The notes beneath the pieces are model-generated. The model was not told the origin of the DNA. It ran no database searches and worked only from the letters and a program-made list of their open reading frames with translations. This document shows, one piece after another, positions 16,601 to 24,583 of a stretch of DNA of 32,000 nt. Numbering within the stretch: the stretch's first letter is position 1; each line of letters opens with the position of its first letter. Origin of the DNA: Candidatus Heimdallarchaeota archaeon (lineage in GTDB: Archaea; Asgardarchaeota; Heimdallarchaeia; Heimdallarchaeales; Kariarchaeaceae); NCBI GenBank assembly GCA_030149205.1, contig JASBSB010000001.1, forward strand, positions 750,001 to 782,000. The letters are read 5' to 3'. The position numbers were made by a program, and so were the translations under genes.

Positions 16601-16766
16601 TTCAGAAAATAACACCATAAATCCATGAAAAAGGCATAAAAAGACTTTAAGAACAGTTATTACTACTATAACGCAATACTTTTTACAAATATATTAGAGC
16701 AATATTAAAATATGTGTTTTCCTAAAAAAAAAATACTTTTTATACTATTTTTTTCACGCATCAGGC

Positions 16767-17846
16767 ATGCAAGTCAATACAAAACTTGTTAAAATTTCAG
16801 CCATTCTCATAATGGCTCTGCTACTTACATCGGGAATCGCCCCCGTTGTGGTCAAGCTGCAACCTCACCATGTAAACCCAATGATTGTGTCACTTGGGTC
16901 CTCTGTTGAGGTAACAACAGCAGTTCAACAACTTTTAAAGACATTTCCAACAGCAAAGGTGATAAAATTCAACTTCAAGACATCACTATCTGTCATCAGA
17001 CACTCAATGCACCCCATTGTCTGGGTTGGGCATGGGGGACCAGATGGGATACTGATCAACTCTCAGCTCTACTCTTGGAAGGTCATGGCAAGGCTGATCA
17101 AACTCTCACCAATGAAGGACTATCTCCTCAGCTGTGATTCCAATCAGGTACTGAAGTTCGCCTCTCTCTCTTTCAAGCAGGTTTTTGCCTTTCCAGATAA
17201 GATTGATGCCGTTCTAGGCGCTCTGCTTATAGCATACAAGCTCACAGGTATACAACAGCTCATTGGAAAACTGTTTGACAGATTTTCCATGTTGTTCTCA
17301 GGTTTATCACATCCCCTGTTTTTAAGCTTGATTCAATGTCCACCTCCTTCTTCCACCTATGTTATCTGTGGCTTGGGGCCTCATGAGGCTGAGTGGTGGG
17401 TGATTCAACTTGCATTCTTAGTACTGTTAATACTGTTTAACTATTATTTACCCACTGGTCTAGGTATAGTCAAAGAGACAGCTATCAGATTTATAAGAAC
17501 TGGAGGACCTATCCAGCTATTTTATGATTTAGTTTACCTTGCTCATGGATGGATTACTGTTCCAAGAGTGGTTGGCCATATGCTTCGCTACATTAAAGGA
17601 TTTCTTGGAATGTTTTTAGCAATATTTAGTGCAAAGTCACCGTGGGAACGGTGGGGGATAATAGCTGCAATGGGTGCAAACTTTTTTGCCTCTGCTGGAC
17701 TTTGGATTGCTGAGTTGACAGGAGATCTTATTTCTGGTGGTGGTGTGACATATCTTAAGATACTAGCGGCAGCATCTGTAATATTGTATAATGCTGTGCT
17801 GTTTCTTCATGATTTTACGGATCCCAATGATATTGTAGATGTATAA
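16767..17846 (+). CDS. Secreted toxin-like precursor: signal peptide, caspase/gingipain-fold His-Cys peptidase, hydrophobic C-terminal tip
   Basis: Basic-then-hydrophobic N-terminus; IVWVGHG (H89) and YLLSCDS (C123); C-terminal ~170 aa hydrophobic, Gly/Ala-rich and homologous to the ORF at 18712. Confidence 0.65.
   Translation: MQVNTKLVKISAILIMALLLTSGIAPVVVKLQPHHVNPMIVSLGSSVEVTTAVQQLLKTFPTAKVIKFNFKTSLSVIRHSMHPIVWVGHGGPDGILINSQLYSWKVMARLIKLSPMKDYLLSCDSNQVLKFASLSFKQVFAFPDKIDAVLGALLIAYKLTGIQQLIGKLFDRFSMLFSGLSHPLFLSLIQCPPPSSTYVICGLGPHEAEWWVIQLAFLVLLILFNYYLPTGLGIVKETAIRFIRTGGPIQLFYDLVYLAHGWITVPRVVGHMLRYIKGFLGMFLAIFSAKSPWERWGIIAAMGANFFASAGLWIAELTGDLISGGGVTYLKILAAASVILYNAVLFLHDFTDPNDIVDV
17151..17328 (+). 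repeat. Direct repeat copy 1 (peptidase C-terminus/tip junction)
   Basis: Matches 18724-18895; about 11 mismatches in the 139-nt core 17190-17328 by hand count (~92%); copy 2 has a 6-nt deletion. Confidence 0.95.
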
Positions 17847-17871
17847 ATATACTGGTATGATAAGAATGAGT

Positions 17872-18654
17872 ATGGAAAATAAGCTTGGTATCTGGACAGA
17901 GATCAAACACACAATTAGCACTCTAAAAAAGAGCAAAACAACAGATGGCTACTCCTTAAATCTATTTGCTATTGCGACAGGGGCTTTGATTTACGCTTCA
18001 TTTTCGAATGATAACCCATATTTTCTCCTGTTATATGCCACAAATCTATATGGAATGGCTACATTTGTTTTTACCATTCCATTTTCCCTGCTCGATGATG
18101 CCAACACATCTGCTGCCAAATGGAATGAACCTGACAACAGAAAAAAGTTAATCTGGGCAAAGTTCCTCATTGGTAATTTTCACGGTTTTATAGGAGCTAT
18201 CTTGACTATTGCACTCTTCTTCTATGCCCGATATTATGTAAACCTGACCTATGTTCTTCCCGGGGACCCATTTCCGCTTGTTGACAAGGTAATCATGCTC
18301 ACTTACCTGCTTCTCACCCCATTCACTGCATATGCTGCTGATATTTGGGTAATCAGCAGAAGCTTTGTGGGCCTGAAGAGAACCAAGAGAGACCTAATCA
18401 GACCAAGAAGCCTTAAACAACTTATGTATTATATCGGCATATGTATCATTTTAAACTTTATTGTACCAGCAGGGGCCATCATAGTATCATATACTGACGT
18501 ATATCAGGGAAAAATCATCTCTCCCTTCCTCTTTCAGCATGCCACTTACCTGCTTCTGATGATATTTGTTTTCTCAGTTGTCATTCCTATCTACTACTAC
18601 ATTGATGGAAGCAAAAGGATGAGGGAGCAGAAGATATTCTTTGTGGATCAGTAA
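17872..18654 (+). CDS. Multi-pass membrane protein, putative cognate immunity protein 1 (track start 17839; MENKLG start preferred)
   Basis: About 6-7 TM; directly downstream of the toxin-like gene; the paralogous remnant at 20568 begins MGKKLGIWTEIK, supporting the 17872 start. Confidence 0.65.
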   Translation: MENKLGIWTEIKHTISTLKKSKTTDGYSLNLFAIATGALIYASFSNDNPYFLLLYATNLYGMATFVFTIPFSLLDDANTSAAKWNEPDNRKKLIWAKFLIGNFHGFIGAILTIALFFYARYYVNLTYVLPGDPFPLVDKVIMLTYLLLTPFTAYAADIWVISRSFVGLKRTKRDLIRPRSLKQLMYYIGICIILNFIVPAGAIIVSYTDVYQGKIISPFLFQHATYLLLMIFVFSVVIPIYYYIDGSKRMREQKIFFVDQ

Positions 18655-18711
18655 AAACAGGAATTAATCTGTACAGATGTCATATCTGCTTTCTGAGACT
18701 CCGGTAAATTA

Positions 18712-19377
18712 ATGCTAAAACTCCTGAAGCTCAGCTCTTTCCTTTCCAAGCAGGTCTTTCCAAACAAGATTGATGCCGTTTTAGGCGGTCTGCTTATAGC
18801 ATACAAGCTCACAGGTATGCAACAGCCCATTGGAAAACTGTTTGACAGATTTCTCATGTTGTTCTCAGGTTTATCACATCCCCACTTTTTGAGCTATGTT
18901 ATGGGGTATTTAGGACAGATTGAGGCAACATGGTGGATAATCCAGTGGGTATTTGTGTTATTGGTGTGTATATTTATTTTTTATCTACCAAGCGGTACTT
19001 CATTTATCAAAACTGTAGCCATTAGATTTCTTAAAAACGGAGTACCAATGATATTTTTAGATATGGTATATTTCTATCATGGATGGAGAACATTGAATAG
19101 GATAGTTTCATATATTTTAAATTTTCTGACAGGATTTTTAGGAATGATTAAAGCTGCCTATGATACAGCATCCTTTTGGGAACAAATAGGGATAATAGCT
19201 AGCTTAGGGGCGTCTTCGTTTGCAGCGATAATATCCATTTTAGCAGAGCTTTTAACTGATTCTATATCAGGTGGTCTAGTAACTGCGGGAAAAATAGCTG
19301 CATGTGCTGGAGATATTACTTTTAATGCAATACTTTTTTATAATGATTATATTGATTTTAATGATATTGTAGGATGA
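18712..19377 (+). CDS. Orphan toxin-tip cassette (no signal peptide or catalytic dyad)
   Basis: First ~60 aa nearly identical to residues ~129-187 of the 16767 ORF; remainder is a diverged homologue (EAxWWxIQ, YLPxG, HGW, GFLGM, ISGG, DxNDIV). Confidence 0.75.
   Translation: MLKLLKLSSFLSKQVFPNKIDAVLGGLLIAYKLTGMQQPIGKLFDRFLMLFSGLSHPHFLSYVMGYLGQIEATWWIIQWVFVLLVCIFIFYLPSGTSFIKTVAIRFLKNGVPMIFLDMVYFYHGWRTLNRIVSYILNFLTGFLGMIKAAYDTASFWEQIGIIASLGASSFAAIISILAELLTDSISGGLVTAGKIAACAGDITFNAILFYNDYIDFNDIVG
18724..18895 (+). repeat. Direct repeat copy 2 (start of orphan cassette)
   Basis: Matches 17151-17328; near-identity ends abruptly after the H-P-x-F-L-S codons in both copies. Confidence 0.95.
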
Positions 19378-19408
19378 GTTAAAAAGGAACTACATAGAGA
19401 GAATTAAG

Positions 19409-20197
19409 ATGAGCGAACCCAAACTTTCAATTAAATTAGTTTTTTTAGCTGGTATTTTAAGAGTACTCACAGCGTTTAAAGATAAACCAAAAGCAATATT
19501 GCGAGTTCCTTATCTTCTGGTTGTAATTATTTTAACTGCACTAGCAGTTGTCTCATTCTCGAAATTAAACCTCTACCTCTACTTACTTTTCACCTCTGTT
19601 TTGACTTCATTTTGGATTATTCTATTTGGATTTTTCTTTATTGTTGTTCACCAGTATGCGGTTAAATTTGAAGAATGGAAAATAAAAAAGAATAGAAAAA
19701 CTCTAATCATGGGAAACTACCTTGATGGGGTTGTTATAAGTGTGGTATTCGTGATTTTAACCACTTTTCTCTATTTATACTTTGGAGGGGACAAATCTGC
19801 GAGTCATTCAAATATTATAATACCTCCAATAGATAGATTACTAATCTACCTAAGCTATCCAATAATGATGGCTTATTCATACATCTCTTTTTCATTGAGT
19901 GTACTATATGTATTTCAGATAAAAAACCTTGATGAAAAAGGAAGTCCCCCACTAACTATTAAACTAAGTTTAAAGAATATAAAGTGGTTGGCAATTGTTT
20001 CAGCATTAAATTTGATCTTCATAATAATAGTTACTACATATAGTAACATGGTAACAAATCAATTTCCATATCTGCAAATTCACACATGGTTGTTTTTGAC
20101 AATTTTTGAGAGCGGTATAGTTTTGGTGGTGATTTGGTTAAGATGTCTCGAAAAGAGACTTTTATTGAGAGATATCTCCTCAGAACAACAGTTTTAA
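19409..20197 (+). CDS. Multi-pass membrane protein, putative immunity protein 2
   Basis: Distant paralogue of the 17872 ORF: WKIKKNRKTLIMGNYLDG vs WNEPDNRKKLIWAKFLIG; PPIDR vs PLVDK; SLKNIKW..LNLI vs SLKQLMY..LNFI; follows the orphan tip. Confidence 0.65.
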   Translation: MSEPKLSIKLVFLAGILRVLTAFKDKPKAILRVPYLLVVIILTALAVVSFSKLNLYLYLLFTSVLTSFWIILFGFFFIVVHQYAVKFEEWKIKKNRKTLIMGNYLDGVVISVVFVILTTFLYLYFGGDKSASHSNIIIPPIDRLLIYLSYPIMMAYSYISFSLSVLYVFQIKNLDEKGSPPLTIKLSLKNIKWLAIVSALNLIFIIIVTTYSNMVTNQFPYLQIHTWLFLTIFESGIVLVVIWLRCLEKRLLLRDISSEQQF

Positions 20198-20482
20198 TGG
20201 TACTATGTTTCAATTGTGATACAGCCTCACAATAATATGGTTTCAATTTTTTTTAATTTAGCATACGTACATTATTATCAAGGAGATTTTCAACCCACTT
20301 TCCTGAAGAATAATAGCTGGATCATTCTACTGGTGATCTCGGTCTTTCAGATTGTGATACCAATCTTTTTTCTTATTAGTGCGAGAATATCTCTGAGGAA
20401 AAGGCCTGACATCTGCATCATTGGAAGAGAGGATGTAAAAATACCGAGAAGGTACTCTGGTCAATTTGAATGGGATGATTAG
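20198..20482 (+). pseudogene. C-terminal fragment of a further immunity-family gene
   Basis: WYYVSIVI...YYQGDFQPTFL...ILLVISVFQIVIPIFF aligns with MYYIGICI...VYQGKIISPFL...LLLMIFVFSVVIPIYY of the 17872 ORF; lacks the N-terminal two thirds. Confidence 0.65.
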
Positions 20483-20567
20483 GTGTGGGTATGAATTGAT
20501 AAAATGAGAGAAATTATTGTAAAAGGGATAATTTCTATCATTAAATGATGCAATTAAAGGGATAACT

Positions 20568-20660
20568 ATGGGAAAAAAGCTTGGTATCTGGACAGAGATC
20601 AAACGTACAATTAGCACTCTAAAAAAGAGCAAGATACCAGATGGGTATGTAAATTTGTAA
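20568..20660 (+). pseudogene. N-terminal remnant (30 codons) of an immunity-1-like gene
   Basis: MGKKLGIWTEIKRTISTLKKSKIPDGYVNL* vs MENKLGIWTEIKHTISTLKKSKTTDGYSLNL; DNA nearly identical to 17880-17950. Confidence 0.85.
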
Positions 20661-20681
20661 TACAATTTAGGGTAAATTGCT

Positions 20682-21374
20682 CTAACTCAGGTGTTTTTTC
20701 ACCCTTCGTATGATGTATATGAACCCAATTAAGATAATACCAGTAACCACAATATTTGAAACCACAAGTAATCCAATAAATGCTACCTCGAAGTAAATAG
20801 GTGGACGTTCAGGTATAATAGCAGTGTATGTAAGGGAGGTCGAGGTGTAAAGAATGTCTATATTAATCGATGCGTTTCCTGTTCCAGCCACATAAAAGAA
20901 GAAATTTACAATGTACCAATCATCACCCTGTAGCTTAGACTGATTAGAACCCAATGTGGTGTAGTTCATATAGGTTAGCTTGGAATAAGATTTGAATCTC
21001 TGACCATTTGGCTCAATCCAGTTGTAGATTACCCTCCAATAGGTTTCGGGGGAGCTTTCATTAAAGGAAACAGCACTGCTCTCATTCATCATAAAAGTCG
21101 CATAGATGGTGAGGTTCCCTGAAATTTCTTTGCTATGCGATACATAACTAGAAGCTATTATACCAACAGCCTTGTCTGAAAGGTTCAATGCTTGCGGAAG
21201 GTGAAAGGTTTTATTATAGAGCCCTGCATGGCTTACATTAAACGATGAGCTAATTTCTGGGTATTCTGTATATATTGGAACAGCCTGCACAGTGGATGAA
21301 AGTGGCACAGAAATTAAACTTGACACCATGATTACCAGGGGAAAAAGAATGATTTTCTTCATTTTGATTACCAT
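20682..21374 (-). CDS. Secreted/surface protein with signal peptide and C-terminal TM anchor
   Basis: MKKIILFPLVIMVSSLISVPLSSTVQA signal; beta-rich, aromatic-rich middle; C-terminal TM followed by the basic tail RRVKKHLS. Confidence 0.7.
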   Translation of the reverse strand: MVIKMKKIILFPLVIMVSSLISVPLSSTVQAVPIYTEYPEISSSFNVSHAGLYNKTFHLPQALNLSDKAVGIIASSYVSHSKEISGNLTIYATFMMNESSAVSFNESSPETYWRVIYNWIEPNGQRFKSYSKLTYMNYTTLGSNQSKLQGDDWYIVNFFFYVAGTGNASINIDILYTSTSLTYTAIIPERPPIYFEVAFIGLLVVSNIVVTGIILIGFIYIIRRVKKHLS

Positions 21375-21761
21375 TGATTGAGATAGCTAGGTGATCTCCT
21401 GAGGACGTTGTTGCTACACTTACGCTGTAGCTCAAATTAAAAATCTATCATAGGAGACATCTATGATGACCCGACCAAAGCTCTGCTTAAACACCCCATA
21501 TACTGCTATTGATACCAAAGCAGAGCAAATATCATTAAGAGAACAAGAGGTTTTAGAGTACTTAAGTATTTTTCCCTAAGAATATTGGAATGAACGGAAA
21601 AAAAGGGTGATGATTGGTGGTCATCCATCACTTAATGTCAGAGGTGATTTCAGAATATCATTCGGAAATTTTTAACCAGGTACAGGAACCACTGTCCCAT
21701 TAACGTCTATATAACTTTATTTCAAAGTCGGGTATCACCTCGAAAGAGAAGTATTCGCATG

Positions 21762-21886
21762 TTCCTCTTTCAAAGCACCAGTACCTTTTGCTCTTGATTC
21801 TTGTTCTAACTATTTTCATCCTCATCTACACCTATGTTGAAAGTAGCAAAGGAATGAAGGGAGCGGAGAAATTCATTGTTGGTTAG
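21762..21886 (+). pseudogene. Frameshifted C-terminal remnant of an immunity-1-like gene (not in the ORF track)
   Basis: FLFQST/YLLLLILVLTIFILIYTYVESSKGMKGAEKFIVG* (1-nt frameshift) vs FLFQHATYLLLMIFVFSVVIPIYYYIDGSKRMREQKIFFVDQ*; both are followed by gaattaatc. Confidence 0.7.
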
Positions 21887-22122
21887 TGTGAATTAATCAT
21901 TAGGGTTCAAATGTGCTATAGCACTAGTAATAGGCATGTCCGCTAGGATCTTGAAAAGATAAATTTGAAGATTACAGGAACCATGTAAATTCTACAGCCA
22001 ACATGCGTATCCGAGTAGATTGTATGTTATTTTTTTGGTCTGTCAAAATCTTAAATCAACAATTTCAATACTGCTCAATATTAATCTATTTATTCAATGA
22101 AATAAAGAGTGAACTCATATTA

Positions 22123-22917
22123 ATGACCGTCGTATCTAAAGTCATCAAAGGGATAAATGGAGAAAAACCTCCCCTATTGTTGTTTCCTTCATTACCATTA
22201 GATTCAACCTATCTTAAGCTTTCAGAGGGGGACTTACAGTACCAAGGGGATGTTCATCTCTTGGATTATGTGGATGCCTCTGAGAGTTTACCAGAGAAAT
22301 ATAACCTGAAGCAGTTAATCAAAGATCTAAAACTGTATTTAGAGAATAACAAAATTGGTAGGTTCAACATTTTCGCACATGGTTTGGGTGGATTAATTGC
22401 GCTAAAGCTTGTGACTGATGTTAAGGATCAGATTGACGAGATTGTGCTTTTTTCTACCAGTGCGAGTTCAAAATACAGACCGGAGCTAGGTTGGAATATT
22501 CGGGACAAATATTCCATGTTGATTAAGAATGAGTTGGATGAATACTACGGAAAGCTGGATGAAAACTCTTTGGAACATAAGTTCACCAGAGCCTATGCAG
22601 CTTATTTTAATCCCCCAGATCTGACAAAGGCAATGAACTTGATCAGTTCCTCGAAACGTCTTGAGTTTGACCTCTATGCAGCATTGATCCCGGATTTGGA
22701 ACAGTTTGACGTCAGATACAAGCTTAAGAAATTTAAGGGCAGATGTTTGATAATGACAGCCGAGGATGACGTATGGCCTTTAAAGTACATCAGAGAGATT
22801 CAGAATTACATAACTGATCATTCACTCTATCATTTTAAAACTGGTGGGCATTTCAAGATGGTGGAAGACCCAGAGGAATTTTGGGGGGCTGTTGGAAGAT
22901 GGTTAAATCAAAGCTAG
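22123..22917 (+). CDS. Alpha/beta-hydrolase fold protein lacking the canonical nucleophile (likely start 22123; track start 22003)
   Basis: Nucleophile elbow reads AHGLGG (Gly at the Ser position); acid (AEDD) and His (GGHF..VEDPEEF) positions present. Confidence 0.75.
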   Translation: MTVVSKVIKGINGEKPPLLLFPSLPLDSTYLKLSEGDLQYQGDVHLLDYVDASESLPEKYNLKQLIKDLKLYLENNKIGRFNIFAHGLGGLIALKLVTDVKDQIDEIVLFSTSASSKYRPELGWNIRDKYSMLIKNELDEYYGKLDENSLEHKFTRAYAAYFNPPDLTKAMNLISSSKRLEFDLYAALIPDLEQFDVRYKLKKFKGRCLIMTAEDDVWPLKYIREIQNYITDHSLYHFKTGGHFKMVEDPEEFWGAVGRWLNQS

Positions 22918-22918
22918 G

Positions 22919-24340
22919 ATGATTTCACTTAGACAGACCTTAAAATATCTGAATGATGGAATCCTCAATTCCTCAGAGCTGGCAAGTGTCAGTCTTGAGC
23001 GTATTGAGCTGTTTGAGCCCTATGTTAACGCACTTATCTATGTAAATGACCATTTTAGGGAGGAGGAGTTTAATGCTGGAATGATAAGACAGAACAACCA
23101 AAATAAAAAAAATCAGGATTTTTTGGGCGTTCCTCTTTTGGTTAAGGACAGCTTTATCACCAGAGACCAACCAACAAGCTTTGGAACCACAGATCAATAC
23201 TACACATTGGATGTCTTGAGGAAAGATGCCGAGCTTGTTAAAGCAATGAAAAACCTTGGATTTGTTGTTCTGGGTAAAACCAGTCTTCCAAGGTATGGGG
23301 ATGATGTTCAAACATACAACGATTTAAAAGGCATCTGTAACAATCCATGGAATCTAAAATTGACATCTGGAGGATCCAGTGGGGGAACTGCTGTGGGTGT
23401 TTCACTTGGCTACACTTCTGTAGGTTTGGGGAGCGATTTAGCTGGTTCATTAAGAATTCCTGCTAACTTTTGTGGGGTGGTTTCCCTGAAACCCACTGAG
23501 GGAACTCTGTCCAGTGCAGGACATTTTCCCTTTATCGAGACAGGTTTGCTTGAGAAGCCAATTTTGACAACTGGGTTGATCACTAAGACTGTTGATGATT
23601 TGAGCCTCGTCTATGAACCTTTGTTAAGGGGTTTACCACCTCGTTCTCCTTTACCTCATATTAAGGGAAAAGAAGAGGGAGACACATCGAAGAGCTCAGG
23701 AGAAAATCCTAAGATTGGTGTTGTGCCTTCACTCCCAGCTATAGAGACAGATCAACGGATTGTAGAACTTATTTCGGAGAGGTTGGTTAAAAATCTTCAG
23801 AGGATTTCTACCCCCGAGACCATTCCACATCTTCAATTTGATCACAAAGAACTGGTCAGGCATTACACTGTGATAGCCAACTACAGTTCATACCCAAAGA
23901 AAAAAACTCAGCTGACCATGTTATACAAGGCCTTTGATTTTAGAGCTGAATTTACAAAAAGAATTGATTCAACTCTTTCCATTTATGATTTTCTTATACT
24001 CCCAGTGTCCCCCAGTTTAGCCTTTCCTCACAATCTGAAGAAGAAACCCATACTAATAAATAATAAAGAGATAAGCTACTGGAAGGCTACAATCAGTTAT
24101 ACCGCACCTTTTAGTCTGACTGGTCATCCTGTCTTAACCATCCCAGTTGGATTTATCGGGGAGCTTCCTGTAGGTGTGCAGCTGGTAGGGAGACACAATT
24201 CAGAGGCAGATCTACTTGCATTTGGGAGGAAAATGGAAGAGGTGATGGACCTAGATCTCACACCTCCCCTTGTTCATACAGCTGAGCCTCAGGAGGAGTT
24301 CTTTCTTGAAAGGTTTGAAGACAGCTCCGAAATGATTTAA
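22919..24340 (+). CDS. Amidase-signature family amidase
   Basis: PLLVKD (Lys), GGSSGG, GSDLAGSLRIPANFCG (Ser-cisSer-Lys triad), C-terminal LPVGVQLVG. Confidence 0.93.
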   Translation: MISLRQTLKYLNDGILNSSELASVSLERIELFEPYVNALIYVNDHFREEEFNAGMIRQNNQNKKNQDFLGVPLLVKDSFITRDQPTSFGTTDQYYTLDVLRKDAELVKAMKNLGFVVLGKTSLPRYGDDVQTYNDLKGICNNPWNLKLTSGGSSGGTAVGVSLGYTSVGLGSDLAGSLRIPANFCGVVSLKPTEGTLSSAGHFPFIETGLLEKPILTTGLITKTVDDLSLVYEPLLRGLPPRSPLPHIKGKEEGDTSKSSGENPKIGVVPSLPAIETDQRIVELISERLVKNLQRISTPETIPHLQFDHKELVRHYTVIANYSSYPKKKTQLTMLYKAFDFRAEFTKRIDSTLSIYDFLILPVSPSLAFPHNLKKKPILINNKEISYWKATISYTAPFSLTGHPVLTIPVGFIGELPVGVQLVGRHNSEADLLAFGRKMEEVMDLDLTPPLVHTAEPQEEFFLERFEDSSEMI

Positions 24341-24583
24341 ATACGTAACCTGCTGTTGATTTGCATCAGGGTGTGTATAGGTGGTTCGCCAGAATCTTGA
24401 AGAATCGGAGACCCTTAAAGCTAAATAAGATTTAATTGACTTCAGAGGGGATTATCTGTCCCACTTTGGTACTTCTTTCATGATTTTTATTCTCCAAGTT
24501 ATTCAGGAAAATTTTTGTTGAGTATAAACAATAAAACACGTCTACCCCAGCAGGATTTTAAGTTAATTCTCACTCCTTGAGAT

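Noticed and set aside
20327..20665. 112-aa minus-strand ORF
   Set aside because: It is the antisense of two plus-strand immunity-gene remnants (20198-20482 and 20568-20660), which explain the sequence better
21463..21579. 38-codon ORF with AGGAG upstream (MMTRPKLCLN...)
   Set aside because: No recognisable family; the weak resemblance to the immunity-2 N-terminus (MSEPKLSI) is too short to call
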